Source: Tubiluchus corallicola (lineage: Eukaryota > Animalia > Priapulida). Taken from it: a stretch of DNA of 64,000 bases. The notes below the pieces were generated by a model that worked only from the letters and a program-made list of their open reading frames with translations, had not been told where the DNA came from and did not search any database. The stretch's first letter is position 1. Each line of letters opens with the position of its first letter. The position numbers and the translations under genes are program-made. Below are positions 27,040 through 40,485 of the stretch, in pieces. Location: contig JAQGDQ010000019.1 of the NCBI GenBank assembly GCA_030141605.1, forward strand, positions 1,259,909 to 1,323,908, in the 5' to 3' direction.

Positions 27040-27250
27040 ACAACGCCATTATGTAACACTTGGGTGGATTAAATGTAACTCCAGGTTTCTGCCCACTTGT
27101 CTGTTCAAATGAAACTTCATTTTATACAGAAAAAAATCCCATGTACAAGGCAGTCACATTCGCGTAACCTAATAGTTGTGACAGGTGAGACCTGATGAGG
27201 GAGATCATTTATGAAAATTAGGAAGAATAGTGGACCTAAACAGACTTTCA
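27040..27250 (-). mobile_element. Short LINE reverse transcriptase remnant
   Basis: The minus strand gives GPLFFLIFINDL (about 27200-27236) and TFNPPKC (about 27058-27078). Confidence 0.65.
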
Positions 27251-27337
27251 CTACTCATAACGCCATCCATTTCACCTTTGTCCTAACAGAAAAGAGGTCA
27301 TTGCCCAACGGATCTAGACCCAACATACCTAACAACT

Positions 27338-27705
27338 ACGGATGAGCATCAAACGTTTGAGTTTGATTCAAACACGTTTTTTTAATTCGAGTTCGATTCG
27401 AAGCTAGAATTATACATTCAAAAATTCAGCACTTCAGCCACCTAGGTTCTTTTGTCATTAAAACGTTTTAAAAATTGCACAATTAGCGCAATTTCGTAAC
27501 AATTTTTTGTGCGCAATTTTTAAACTAATTATTAGTGGTTTTGTTGCAAGACAAAATCGAGTAATAGGGCCTATGCAGGGCTCGAAAACTCATTCGAAAA
27601 TCTTTCAAACTCAATTCGAATTCGAAATACTGAAATTCTGTTTGATTCGATTTCGAAAGTCCCAAATTCGATTCGATTCGATTTCTGGTAGAGAATGCTC
27701 ACCTG
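27338..27705. mobile_element. hAT-like MITE rich in TTCGA sub-repeats
   Basis: Ends GGATGAGCAT... and ...ATGCTCACC are inverted, with many TTCGA/TCGAA words inside. Related fragments lie at about 5185-5250 and 5815-5850. Confidence 0.5.
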
Positions 27706-28674
27706 TACTAACAACCTGCAAGAAGAGCTGAGTGGCACAAACTAACAAGAAACTGTTTGTGACAAAACAATAAATAGAATATTCTGTTATAGTATCCGAA
27801 GTAAATATGGTATACGAATGGTACGTGGTACAAACTGGACAGGAAAAAAACAGGCACAAATGGAAAAATTTTGGCTTCAGATAATTGGTGATACGTTTGA
27901 TTAAAAGAAACACAAAACAAAGATAAACATACAAAAAATATACCTGTATAAGTATTATATAGACTAACAAAATACTCGCATTAATTAAACAGAATTATAA
28001 TCGATAATGCACGAACATTCCACTTAGCATTTGTCTGCTTGTCTTTAACCATTTGGCAACTGACTATATGTTATAGAAAGCATTTTCCATGCAGAATTTG
28101 TGTATGTAGAACCTGGAACCAACTCGCAGTTTTTTGTCCTGGTGGAGATAATAAAAAATTACTCTATCTTATAGCCAAGTCGTCCTCTTTCCAAATACAT
28201 AGCTATAACACTCTTTCTAAGACCTCCACGAAATTCTTGATGAATTTTTTAGCGCGCTTAGTTTGATTAAATTTTGTGAAAAAGGGCAAAAGATGCCTAT
28301 TTTGATCGCTTTTACCCCTTCACCTGTCCAGGACCTCTTTCTTGTCTCCTACCCACATTTTCCAGCACAGATCGTGGAAATCTGTTAACTGAGTAGTTAT
28401 TGCATAATAGGTTTACTGTGTAACAGACAAAAAGGAATAAACAAACGAACTGCGTTGAATCATAGCTTCCTTGGCAGACTGTGAAATAAAACTAAATAAA
28501 ATAATTATACACAACAGTAACTGTAACCCACATGTTTATTGTTTCAACTATAATATTATCATTTTTGTCGTACGGCGACACTTTTGCTCATTTTTCACGA
28601 CTATGCAATTTAACACACTGCCTTTGTTTGACTGTGGCGCCACAGGGCCTTCAGAGAGGTTTTGAAAATAAATA

Positions 28675-29414
28675 CCATAAGTCGTTGCTTAACGCGATGC
28701 TAATGCATTCTAGCAAAATGTGACGTTAAGTGAAACTTCGTTAAGCGAAACCAAGACTTCCATAGAAAGTAATGTAAGAGAATTGGGATACGTTCCAGAG
28801 GCAAAAATCAATACTGCTTAAATCATATAAATTAAATAGTTTATGAGTTTTACTCATATTTCTACTGATTAATTTCTTTCTGCTTGCTTGAAACCACCTA
28901 TATATCTTACATAACCAAGTAGTGGTTTCTCTTTAGTTGACGCTTAACTTTTAAGTCTAGGCAGTGGTTAAACAATAAACACTACAGCACTGTCAAAGCT
29001 AATACCTGGGGCGACCTTGGGAATTTATGTAGAAACTTAGTACCCGCAGTCTGATAACAACAGGTTGCAGGCAAAATTCCTTCGCATAAAGTTTGCTCCC
29101 AGGTCTCACTTGTACAAATAGCTAGCTGTTAGTGGTCAGTAGGGAAACAAAGAAATTTGTACTTATATAATAACTGCAGTGTTTGCATTAATCGTGCAAT
29201 TTATATTAGAAAAGAATAATGCAGTACATGCTTTAAGGCACCAAATAAAGTAAAAAAGTTATAAAGTAATAAAATAAAAATTGACTGCGCAAAGCAAAAA
29301 ACCGTCATCAAAGCGAAACTGTGTGTCGTTAAGTGAAAAAAGGTGTCAAATGTTCAGCATTGATAAAACGAAACAAACGAAATAATCAGGGAGTCATTAA
29401 GCGAGGACTTGCTG
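28675..29414. mobile_element. Tc1/mariner (pogo/Tigger-like) MITE
   Basis: The right end GTCATTAAGCGAGGACTTGCTG/TA is inverted relative to the degenerate left end AAGTCGTTGCTTAACG. Internal CGTTAAG(C/T)GAAA sub-repeats are present. Confidence 0.55.
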
Positions 29415-29779
29415 TAATACAATAAAATTTATGTATTGCCCTGTTACAATAAAATTGTTCGATGTACTTTACAAAAATGTGTATAACGCTTATTTCTAAA
29501 CACTCAAAAATTTAAAAATTACAAAGATACAAATTCATCTTAAAATATATGCACAATAAAACACAATCATCTATTGGTCTAAACTGTATTTATTAGAATG
29601 GATATATACATGATCATTAACAATTATGGAATAGCACTAAGTGATGAGCTAGCTAACATGTTTTTCATATGCAACCTATATAAAAGCCTCTCATATTAAG
29701 GCAGATGCGACTTGTAGTGCTAGGAAATGCAATAGATTGGTGAGATTATGAGTTTTAGATGAAACTAAAATTATAACAG

Positions 29780-30277
29780 CGGCACATCATTAATAATTGA
29801 GAATGTTGGTGCAAATTTCATTTTCAGACCTCATTTAAAAATATTCAGTACGTTGTCAGTATCACACTGTCTTAATGGCAACTTATTCCATAATTTTGGA
29901 TCTACATATAATCAAAAAGTCCCGTCACCAGCATAGACACAGGCGTGATTTAGCTAGGTACACAGATTAATCACAGAATACTAGTAATTTTAATGCTTCT
30001 GTGTTTCTCACGTGTTTTTTCCGAGTGCTCAATTGGACCTTTTCAGTGTGATACACTCTCCATGAATAATATTTTACAAATTCGTTTTTAAATTTTGCAT
30101 CACTTACATGCTACGTACCTTATTGCAGACAAGGCTTGCATTAGCAATAACTCATTATAAAACTTCTAAATATAAACTCCCTCAATGACTGTTAGGTGTA
30201 GCCATTTTGAAGGTAAGCCGTTTTAAATTATGCCATATATCTATATAATAATTGTAAATATATGTCACTCACACTAC

Positions 30278-30318
<41 letters not shown>

Positions 30319-30800
30319 CGTGCGTGCGTGTGTGTACATGTAGTTGGAACAATATAATATAATATATGTAGGCGACAATATAATATTACACGTAGTCAGG
30401 AACCTGGTTGTTGAGTCTTGGATTACTATAATAAAATTTTGCATGTTATTGTCTGTTCAAGTGACAGTGTCAGTGAGTATTAAATCAGGTGTAACAAAGT
30501 TCTTGATAGCAATAACAAGACGAGTTGCTGAACGTTCTAGTAGTTCAGTCCAGTTGCAATTAGCCATATGATAATCAGGTAATTCAGTTAGAAAGCTATT
30601 ACAATAATCAAGTCTGGTTGATATAAGTGCACGCACAAGTGTTTTAGCAGATGATCTAGTTAAAATCATCTAATATGGTGACGGTTATGCAAATGATAAA
30701 ATCCACATTTGCAAAGTTGATTATAAATTATGTTGATTAAAAAAACATAATTAAGATCGAAAGTTATTACCAGGTTTTTGGAGGTTTAACTAACTGAGTT
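29780..30800 (-). mobile_element. Decayed L2/Crack-like LINE ORF2 C-terminal part, interrupted by a (TG)n tract
   Basis: ORF 30457-30669(-) contains AKTLVRALISTRLDYCNS. PKLWNKLP occurs on the minus strand at about 29877-29900. Confidence 0.75.
30283..30335. repeat. (TG)n/(TGCG)n microsatellite
   Basis: Seen directly in the sequence. Confidence 0.95.
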
Positions 30801-31760
30801 ATAATTACTCGGCTTTTGTGTCGTTCAGTTTTCCACTACGTTAGCCTTCACCCAAGGGTAACAGTGACTGATAACAAGAGGCACCAACGAAATCCTGAAA
30901 TCGCTCCTGTTATCCTGAGATAGGGTGAGAGTTTTTTAAGATTTCTTGTTGTGCTTGTGCTTGCACTTGACGTTAATAATATTAATATGAATATTTCTTG
31001 TTTTTCTGCCTATCCAGTGCTATAAACGTAATTGCCATATGTTGCTCTTGTAATAGGTTACTTTTATATCTATCGTTAAAATTATGATTGCAAAATAACC
31101 GATCAAATATATTTAACACCTCAGTTACAACAAGTTTAGTACAGTGAAAGGGCAAATACCAAACTTCAAATACCCCAATCTGTGGATCGTGAATTAGGCC
31201 TAGTGGCGGTTAGCTATTTGTTAATTTAGTGAGTGAAAAATAGAATGATTTTCAGATCGTCCTTGGCTCATATTCTACAATTTGTCAAAACTGAAGTCTT
31301 CACTGTTAATGTTACACAACTTTGAGAATTAAAATGTGCGTATAGTCCGAACATACAGCAAACCATAACTTGTATCTTTCGCGCCCCAGCCTCCCACAGT
31401 GGCATGTCTATCTATTTACCTATTTGCTACCTGCTTACGTATCAAATTATCAATTGACTGACCCCCCCCCCCCCAACAACCGATCGACGTAACTATTTAC
31501 CTGTCTTTTTTGCTTGTTTTTCTCCTTTAAGTTTCACCGGTCATTTACCTAAGTTGTCAACAAACAACAAAAAACACAAAAATAAGTATGTCCCAAAAAT
31601 TAGTATAGCATACACAAAACTATATACTATTACTAAACACAAAAGTTAGTGTAGTATAAGCTACCAAAATACTGACAGAGATATTTTAGTCTACGCAGCA
31701 TTTATATTAGAAGTCTTGCCAATATTACTATATAAGTATTATTTATAAATCAATTATATG

Positions 31761-34700
31761 TGTTGGGAGCGGAGTAGGACATTAGCTGAAATAGGACAAT
31801 TGGCATACACGGGCTAGCCAAAGTACTGGTACCATCCGTTGTCCTTGTTTATTTAATAATAATAATTGAAAACATCAATACATGTTTAATAACTTATGAT
31901 ACATCTGATAAAATAAAAGAATCTTATTCTGAGCTAGTAGAATCAAAGTGTATAAAGAGGAAGTGACGAAAGCCGCCTAATGTTACGTATTTCCTTTTTG
32001 CGATTAGCGGCTATGCTGGCGGCATCAAACGGCCATTCAGTGAAAAATTTGGAGCGCCGCATTGACTGTAATAATAATATTATTAAGTTCACCAGTAGTG
32101 TTGGCATACGTGCAATTTTGATAAGCCAAAATCACTTTTGCGTTTTTAATAAAAGAAGTATATCTCAATTAAAAGCAATTATTAGTTTAAAAAAACTGAA
32201 AACATTTCATGAAAAGGAAAAAAATTGTAGCAATAAGTTTGTATTATGTACTTGCAAATGCCTGTTCAGTTTGCTTGTAAGTAAAATTTTATTGTTTTTC
32301 CTGAGGAAAGAGGCTAGCTGACTGCGTGATGGGCTGCCTGCTATGTAAAGAAGTAATGCATTTTTCATTGATTTATTGATTTTTCTCTCCCCCCCTCTCT
32401 TAGAGAGAAAGAGGGGGAGAGAGAGAGAGAGAGTTAAAAGAAAGACGGAACTATGAACTATGAATTTTATTTCACACATCAAAATACAATATTGTACACA
32501 TAAATAAACAATAAATAAAATAATTTGAGTAGTGTGAGGTGAGTGTACGACCATACGGTCATTAACACACTCACCTTACTTAAATGAAAATGAAAAATTA
32601 TTAAAGATATGCGTGCTTTTGTAGATGACTCAATGAAATTGATGTAATAAAGTAAATGATGTAATAATAGCAAGGAAACATAAGAAAAACACAATATGGA
32701 ATTACGATTTTGATATAAATATTGAAATAATTTTGAAATAAAGTAAAAGATGTAATGAACAGCAAGGAAACATGAGGAAAACTTAATATGTAATTACGAT
32801 TTTGATATAGGCGGCGATGAATGAATAATTTCATTTAAATTGATTTATACCTTACTAATAAAGTAACAAAGGTCGTAATGGTACCTATTAGCAAAAGAAA
32901 AACATTAGTGCAAAAAATGACCAAATTCAAGCTGTCATATTGTCCATGCATAACTCAATATGAGAAAAACATGCAAAATAATAACAATAATACTAAATAA
33001 AAATAATAAAAAACAAACTAAATAAAATGAAAAGCAAGCTAGCCAAACAGAAATTTAAACAAACTTTCAAATAGGGAACTGAATCAAGCTGCAAAGTACA
33101 TGCATTAAAATAATACTAAAGAGTCTAATTAATAAACAAAACAAAAGAACATTATACAAGTACATTTTTTACACGTAAGCAAACTGTATTTAATGAACAT
33201 TTATTTTGATGTAAGCCTAACTGAATCTTAAAAAATTAGGCCAAATATAAGTAATGTCTGCACATGATATTATAAGGTATTATGACACGCGTGCAGATTC
33301 TAATTTATGCTTCTCGCCTGAATTCTTTAACTAGGTTTTGACATAGTTAGTTGGTTGTTATAGAGTTGGAAGTTATGTCGGCTGCTTAGGATGACAGCTC
33401 TGATGTTTCCTTCAGTTATTTTTTGTTCACTGATAATAAAAAAGAGGAGTAATGTCGTAAATACATCTCTGCTTGTTCAACGTAATTTTATAACTAACTC
33501 CAACTCATAACAAAGGCCAATGTATGATTATATGCTTTTTAAACATTTTTTAACTTGGAATTAACAAAACATGCAGATGTTTAGATTAAGTTATGTTCTG
33601 GAAAATTATTTGCTCTTCTGAAAAAATCGATTTTTTTCTATGAAAGGTATTACACATGAAAGTCAGGCCTAATATATCTTCAAGTTATATTTCCTGATAA
33701 GAACATATGAAATAGAAATGTTTTTTAGAAAAAATATTTCTCCAGAAATCGAATACTACATGAGCCAGGTATTCTTTCTTTTGATCAACTTTCTTAACTT
33801 CTTTTGTAAATAAGCCTATTAATTTTTATGAGATATGATTATAATAATTTTTATTTTAACTACAAATTATTCTTAACGCCTTATGCTTACTTTAAATAAT
33901 ATTCAAAAAGATAACAGCTGCTATAAATCGTCAAAGAGAGATGTAGGCCTTGCAGTCTTTGCTTAGCGTACAAAATATTTAACTAGTAACAAAAGTTTCA
34001 AAACTGTGTTATAATTAACATTTTATTATAATTACCTGGCTGCATCCTTGCGAAATTTAAAAAGATATCTTTTTGTGTTTTTGCAACTCACTGCTGAGCA
34101 ATTTATGAATGCCTGTTAACCGGGCTGGTTTTGATGGTCTCATCAATTCATCTGCTACAGTACCCACAGCCTGCGCTGTTGCGTACCTGACAACAACAGG
34201 CCGCACTGAATAGCCGCTAGGGCGACACTAATTGCGCGAACTACTGCGCAGAAGGACTTTCCCTACTTTATTGTATACTTTGGTAGAATGGTCAACATTA
34301 AATTTGGTTTCAATATTAATCTTTTTCAAGTGAAATAAACCCACTTCTTAGGTGATTCCAACATTTGCTTAAGGCATATCATTTTTTTATTTTGTCTCAC
34401 TTCACAGACAGGTGATCTGTTTCACTACCTCTTTGACAAATAATTGTTTTCTGCTAAGTAAACGGGTTAGTGAGCTATATGCTCTACATAGTTTTTCTCC
34501 TTAAAGCATTAGATAGACATAGACATAGGCATTTTATTTTTCTCCAATTTGTGTCACAAATTTTCGTTTTACAAAAAATAACTTTGTCTGTGGAAATGGG
34601 GCGAGGAAAGACCGTAGGTCATCTACTTACTCACCCCTTATAATTTAATGTTGATGACAGAAAAAGAATTGATGACACTGGATGCAAATAAACTAACAAA

Positions 34701-34976
34701 ATAAAGATACTTAGTTTAATGTTATGATGTTATTAATGAAGCTAATAATAGTGATGATGTCATTGTAGAAAATACATTTGCGAATTGTCACGGACTATCC
34801 AACATTATTGTAAAGTTTCTTTTTTTCTAAAACAAATTTAATTTTATGTTTCATTATGTCATAGCTCTCGATTTTTGAGAGCAATCGCCAGTGCCCTACA
34901 ACACTGGTTTTCTGCAAATTTAGCACATGCAGTTAGCGAGTGTCCTATTGGCTAGTCGCATACTCTGCGCCCTACA
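31761..34976. mobile_element. Ginger2/TDD-like non-autonomous element, copy 2 (split by a nested insertion)
   Basis: Starts TGTTGGGAGCGGAGTAGGAC and ends ACTCTGCGCCCTACA. The 5-bp TSD ATATG is at 31756-31760 and 34977-34981. Segments 31830-31943 and 34283-34490 align with 6118-6430 of copy 1. Confidence 0.8.
31944..34282. mobile_element. Non-autonomous P-superfamily (Galileo/1360-like) element, copy 1
   Basis: Termini CAAAGTGTATA ... TGTATACTTTG with a 7-bp TSD GTAGAAT on both sides. Second copy at 55069-57207. No transposase ORF. Confidence 0.8.
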
Positions 34977-35002
34977 ATATGTATATAATTTTCATATAAT
35001 AT

Positions 35003-35432
35003 GTGTGTACCCGTGCATGACAAAATTGTCCATAAGTCGACAATTAAGCTTTTTTAGTTATTCACACATCCTGAATCTCCATTTCATGATCACTTTGATG
35101 CCATGAAGCTCATTGCTCCATGTTATTTCTAAGCTAAGATGATCCACGTTGAAGTTGAGTTTGAAAATACAAATTTTTTACAATTGCATTACTAGTTTCT
35201 GGTCAGAAAAGAGGGTACAGGGTTATGAAATTAAATTTTTAGTATTTTTTTAACATTTTCTTGATAATTTTATGCTAGAATATAAAAATCCAATCTATTT
35301 AATGTTTGTCTTTATAAAAAAACAACAAAATATTGACATTTGACCAAATTTTAGGTGCATTCTACTTTGAAGCATCATAAATGTAATTTTAGCTATGCCG
35401 ACTTATGGACGGTTTTGGTTTTCAAGCACACA
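35003..35432. mobile_element. MITE with TGTG...CACA ends in AT-rich/TA context, copy 1
   Basis: Subterminal inverted repeats AAAATTGTCCATAAGTCG / CGACTTATGGACGGTTTT. A homologous inverted copy lies at about 46551-47220. Confidence 0.65.
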
Positions 35433-36216
35433 TGTTACATATAATATGTATAACTGGGTTAGTCTGTGTCTACACGAGTATATTTTGAGAATTAACACTC
35501 AGTCACATCTATCATTGCATAGCCAACTTGACTGAGTCAATCTATCAATCGTACCAGTTTTTCAGTTAGTCAGTTAGTCCAATCTACTCTGTACTAATAT
35601 TCACTAAAAAACTTTTCAGCTTTTACAAAATTACCACGTACTCAAAATTTCAACAATGTCACCAACAAAATTTCAGCATTTCAGAACACGTACCGATAAT
35701 CCCCTAATGGCCTACTGGAGCTCACTAAGCGGCTTCAAATGTTGTAGCGTAGTACATACATACGAATACTACATAACTGAAGCAAAGTAGCATTATGTTG
35801 TGTACTTACACAGCCCACCTTCACACGGTTTTTAGTACATTTATTATAGGCATGCTGACTAAAAGCAGTATTTTGCAAAAATTTTATCATCAGCATGAAT
35901 TTACAAAAATATTTTGCATGAAAACGGGTGCACATTACTACTACTAAACTAATTATATAGCTAAATTTGCTAATCTTTTTTGTAGCTCCTAGTTTAACAA
36001 GGTTAACATGATTGGCTTTTGCTCTTGAAGCCTCTAGTTTCTGGAGGGCTTTTCTGGAGCACATGAAAAATTTGCAGCATTTAGTTATTATATGACACTA
36101 TATAAGAATGTTAGTAAAATGGTCACTATCAGTTTGTATTTTTACAGGAATGATAGATCTGATGGATTTCCATAAATTATCATATTCATAAATGCTGGCT
36201 TAATACTAGCTGATCT

Positions 36217-36765
36217 ATGTTGACAAATCTGCAAAGAGGCAATGTCCGAGCTGACACTCCAACGGTGTCACCTGTGGAACGAAATGTTTTCCATCTAGCA
36301 GCTCAGGGCGAGTGGCTGCTTTTGGAACAAAAGATTACCAGCGGTCAGTGCCTGGTAAATGATCGTGATGAGCAAGGTTGTACAATGTTACACTGGGCTG
36401 CATCATACGGTCAAACTGTAACGGTGGAGATGCTGTTGGATAAAGCTGCTGATCCTAGAATTACAAATCTGCATGGACAAACAGCTTTAGCTCCTGCTTG
36501 TGTTAATGGACATCATAGCATTGCACTGATTTTGTTACAACATGGAATTGATGTGTGTCAGACTGACAGTTCCATGAATACTGCATTAATCTATGCTGTA
36601 TACTACAGTCATGCACAGTGCATTAAGGTCTTACTTGATCATGGTGCAGATTTAACTGCTGTAAATGCTGATGGTAAAACAGCAGTAGAGATTGCTTTAG
36701 CAAAGAAGGATACAAGTGTACAAGAGATATTAGAACATTACATTCTTAATATTCTAGAGTCATAA
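36217..36765 (+). CDS. RFXANK/ANKRA2-family ankyrin-repeat protein, 182 aa, single coding exon
   Basis: LTNLQRGN...FHLAAQGE matches the recalled RFXANK/ANKRA2 signature TLTN..RGN...HQLAAQGE. Four ankyrin repeats follow (HWAASYGQ, QTALAPAC, NTALIYAV, GKTAVEIA) and the C-terminus is ILEHYILNILE. Acceptor TTTTTACAG at 36147 suggests a 5' UTR intron, and AATAAA occurs near 37157. Confidence 0.85.
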   Translation: MLTNLQRGNVRADTPTVSPVERNVFHLAAQGEWLLLEQKITSGQCLVNDRDEQGCTMLHWAASYGQTVTVEMLLDKAADPRITNLHGQTALAPACVNGHHSIALILLQHGIDVCQTDSSMNTALIYAVYYSHAQCIKVLLDHGADLTAVNADGKTAVEIALAKKDTSVQEILEHYILNILES

Positions 36766-37707
36766 TGACACATTAATATTTTGAGGTATTGCAACAAATG
36801 CTTCATATTATAGTCAAGCTAACAATTTGGGATTACAGTCTCTCTTTTTTAATACTGTTCGATGTTCTGCAAACTGTCATTCAATACTCAGTGGCAGCAC
36901 CTACTTCGCTTGAATGACTAAGGCAAGATCAGAAATTACTTATTTGTGTGTGTTTATGTATGTGTATAAATACATATATTTATAACATAGGGTGTATTGC
37001 CTATGTGTACCGGGTGGCAAGGACATGGCGAATCCAGAGGGCCATGCAATGATTGGCCAGGCAAATGTAGATGGGAAGTGTTAACTGCATTAATTGACAG
37101 GAATTCTAATTCATGCCGTGAACAGAAACTGAAACTCTAAACTGAACACACATAATAAATAAAATATCATAAGAAGTTGACTAGGCTCCCACATTGATAT
37201 TAAGATACCAGTGGGTGACTCGAAAACTTTTGTGACTATTCATTACTAATTGCTAAATATGATGTAGTTTGTAATTTAAATAAATTTTGTCAGTTACAAT
37301 CTTATCTTGATCTGCCTGACATCTATACTCTGTATACCATGCAGAAAAACCAGGAAATCATTGAGCTCTTTGCTATTTTATGGTTAATAGACTGGATTGC
37401 TGAGTTTGTAATAGAAGGCATTAAAATAAGTACAACTGAGTTCAGAGCAATGGAACGCAGCTATACATTGTATGTCATGACTAGGGGAAAAGCATCTACA
37501 TGCACACATTACACATAATTTATATCAGTGCGTACTACTCAGTACCGTTTATGACTGCATTACAACTTCATTTAAATTTGCAATTATAATTGCACACAAC
37601 TGAAGTTGATAATTACTTTCTTAACCAATGGTGAATACTTGAAAATTTGTTGGAGTTTTTGCTGTGACTGAGCAAAAAAATACTGTAACAAGATCCATGA
37701 GCAAGAT

Positions 37708-37875
37708 AGGTCATGTCACATATCGCTGTTATGTCCATATCGTCCTATTATACTTGTACTTCATAAAGTGACAGTGTATTAAGTAAGGGCAGGTCATGTC
37801 ACATATCGCTGTTATGTCCATATCGTCCTATTATACTTGTACTTCATAAAGTGACAGTGTATTAAGTAAGGGCAG
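37708..37875. repeat. Perfect 83-bp tandem duplication
   Basis: AGGTCATGTCACATATCGCTG...TAAGTAAGGGC starts at 37708 and at 37791. Confidence 0.92.
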
Positions 37876-38999
37876 CTGAAGAGATAACTTTTTATGCCAA
37901 TTCAGTATCTCTTCTTTTCATGCAGAACTATCAGCTTTTGTATTGCACACGAAATGTGTTTTGGCGATGAATTTTACCACATTATGATATAAAGTATACC
38001 AAATTAAATGTTGTGATGCTCGCTCATACACTGGAAAGTTAATCCAGTAATCCTGTATCTCATCCTTCAGTAAGGCAAAAAAAAATCACTAGTTCTTTCC
38101 TATTCATGACCGTATAGCCATGTTTGGTTTACCTGTAGTAACTTTGGGCCCTGAAGATTCTCAACATCTGGAGAGAGAGAGAGATGTAATCAATACCAAG
38201 GTTTGGAAGTTTCTAAAATTTCAAATGGGAATAACTCATGGCACACACACACACACACGCTAAAATATTTATGGTAAGACTAACCTTCGTTTTGCAGGTA
38301 TGATATTCATTTTATAACATGTACACATAGGAAGCAACACTACTGTTCTATACATGTAGCCAATGTAGAAGACCAAAGCAAAACAGTCGTAATTAAATAA
38401 GCCAAACTGGCAAAATGAATAGTTATGTATGTTATCAAGATAATTATTAATTTTTTGTTTTATTGTACATTTTCACTTTTAATCACATGAATTAAAGCAG
38501 TGCAACTCAATAAGAGCAATACAAACGAGAAGTTACTGCATGCATGCCAACAAATTTCAGTAAACAGTATTAATTTCATGAGTTAGAATACTATTACATT
38601 GCATATTAATCCTCCGAATTTGACCCAAATACATATTGACAATGTCAAAAAGATATTTTGAATAACGTTTGCTGTCTCTTTAAAGAGTAGCACTGTTACA
38701 GGGCAGCAAAACTAAGGAACAGTTCACCAGTTACTAGTCAAGTAAGAATTCTAACTTTAGAAAAAAGTACAATTAATTTTAATTAACTGTATTTTTGTAT
38801 CATTGTATGCCAAATCTGTTCAAAGAAACTTAATCCGTGAACTGCACTAAACTGTAAAGAACCACATTAGCGGTAATACAAATCTTTCAAATTAAATGCA
38901 AATAGACATCTATGCAATACATACAGTTAGAAACAGTAACAAATGTAGACTCTCTCAGTAAGCATAATAGTGATTTTGTCTACTTGTGAAGTGTCTCTC

Positions 39000-39560
39000 A
39001 TTTATCGTTGTCAAGCATTCTTGGCACCACACTATGAAATGGTATTAACATTAAATGGTATGCCTCTGTAGATGTGATTCTGCCAGCTTCCAATGTCTCA
39101 ATTCAATGCTGTTAACTTTTTTGGCCACTTTCATTACATGATTGTAATCAGTCTTGAACTCGTCCAAGCTATAGATTTTCACTGACCACTTCTGCTACCT
39201 AGATACCATCTGTATCATTCTTTGTTGCCTGACTGTCAACCTAGCAAGTCCTTGGTAAGCCAGGAACAAACATCTTAAATCCATCTGTGTAATTCTGATA
39301 CCTTTCTGTTATGATATTGGCTGGTTGACACTTTTTGCCATCAGAATACCAGTGCCTTAATTTTTTTTGCCAGGCTTCGTTAAGTCGATGCAGTGGTCTT
39401 GATCCTATTTCATATCATAGGATCTGGCTTCGGTGTGATTTTCCGCATTCCAAATGTCTCCCTACAATGACCCCAACCATTTACCAACTTCTGTCATGCT
39501 AAGTACTATGTTTGCTTGCACTGATGACTCTGTCTGATGGTTTCCTTGCCTCTTTGCTGT
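39000..39560 (-). mobile_element. Possible RTE-like LINE 3' remnant
   Basis: The minus strand has a W-L-G-H-like segment near 39465-39485 and a purine-rich coding-like composition. It is heavily degraded. Confidence 0.35.
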
Positions 39561-40485
39561 TCAATGAGTGTTCTAAGTTCTGATTATTAATCAATCACAT
39601 TTTTAGTTCTTTAACTATATTTATAGCGCACAATGAGAAGGAAGATCCTTCTAAAGTGCTTACCTACCTGTCAACGGGTCTACATTCTGCAACAAGTAGG
39701 GTAACAGCTTCACCTCTTTTGTTGCAGAAGCATTCAAGTATCATCAGCCTCTAAAACTTTCTTGCAGTTTTTGTCGCTTCCAATTGCAACTAATACGAAG
39801 TGTGTCCATAAATGGTGATAAACCTTCTGCTTTAATACGAGAAAACGTACAATATGTAATCACACAGGAATAACACGAGCAGTAGCTAATCATTTTAATC
39901 ACTCAATGATAAATTGGGATTTATTTTTTAACAAAGTATGTTACCTGAAAACATATATTTCATCACAATAACAAGTGTCAAGCGTTAGTATATGTTGCCT
40001 TCCTTGCAGCATATCATTCAATGCTCCAATTCTGGCCAACTGATGAAACGGGTATGGACGCTTAAATTAATTTCTAAGAATCTGTTATGAAAACACAGTA
40101 TATGTAGCTTTCATATATTACAAACATAAAAATTTGTACACATAGGAACATCATTATAACAAGGACAAATCTGCTGCAAACGAAATTTCAAACCAGTACA
40201 GACATAAATTTTTACATTTGCGACAACTATTGAAAAATATGAATTTGCAAATTTGTAGCCAATTCAATTTTATAATAAAACTACAGTTTGCAACATATTG
40301 GCAAATAACAAAAATTTCTAATAACCCACAATAATATTCATAAACTGTATTGACTTTTTTACAACATAACATTGCACATAAGCATTCCAGATGTACTTTA
40401 TTAAACTTTTAATCCATATGTTTTGTTTCATCTATGATTACCTGCAATGTTAAATAACTGATTACATGGTATGCGCAATTACTCA

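Noticed and set aside
31395-31402. CACAGTG heptamer as a Transib/RAG-like end
   Set aside because: No matching inverted end or nonamer was found, and a 7-mer is expected by chance.
31980-32834. ORFs inside the P-like element (also 55310-55703 and 57004-57287) as a transposase
   Set aside because: No THAP or DDE motifs, and the frames are not conserved between the two copies.
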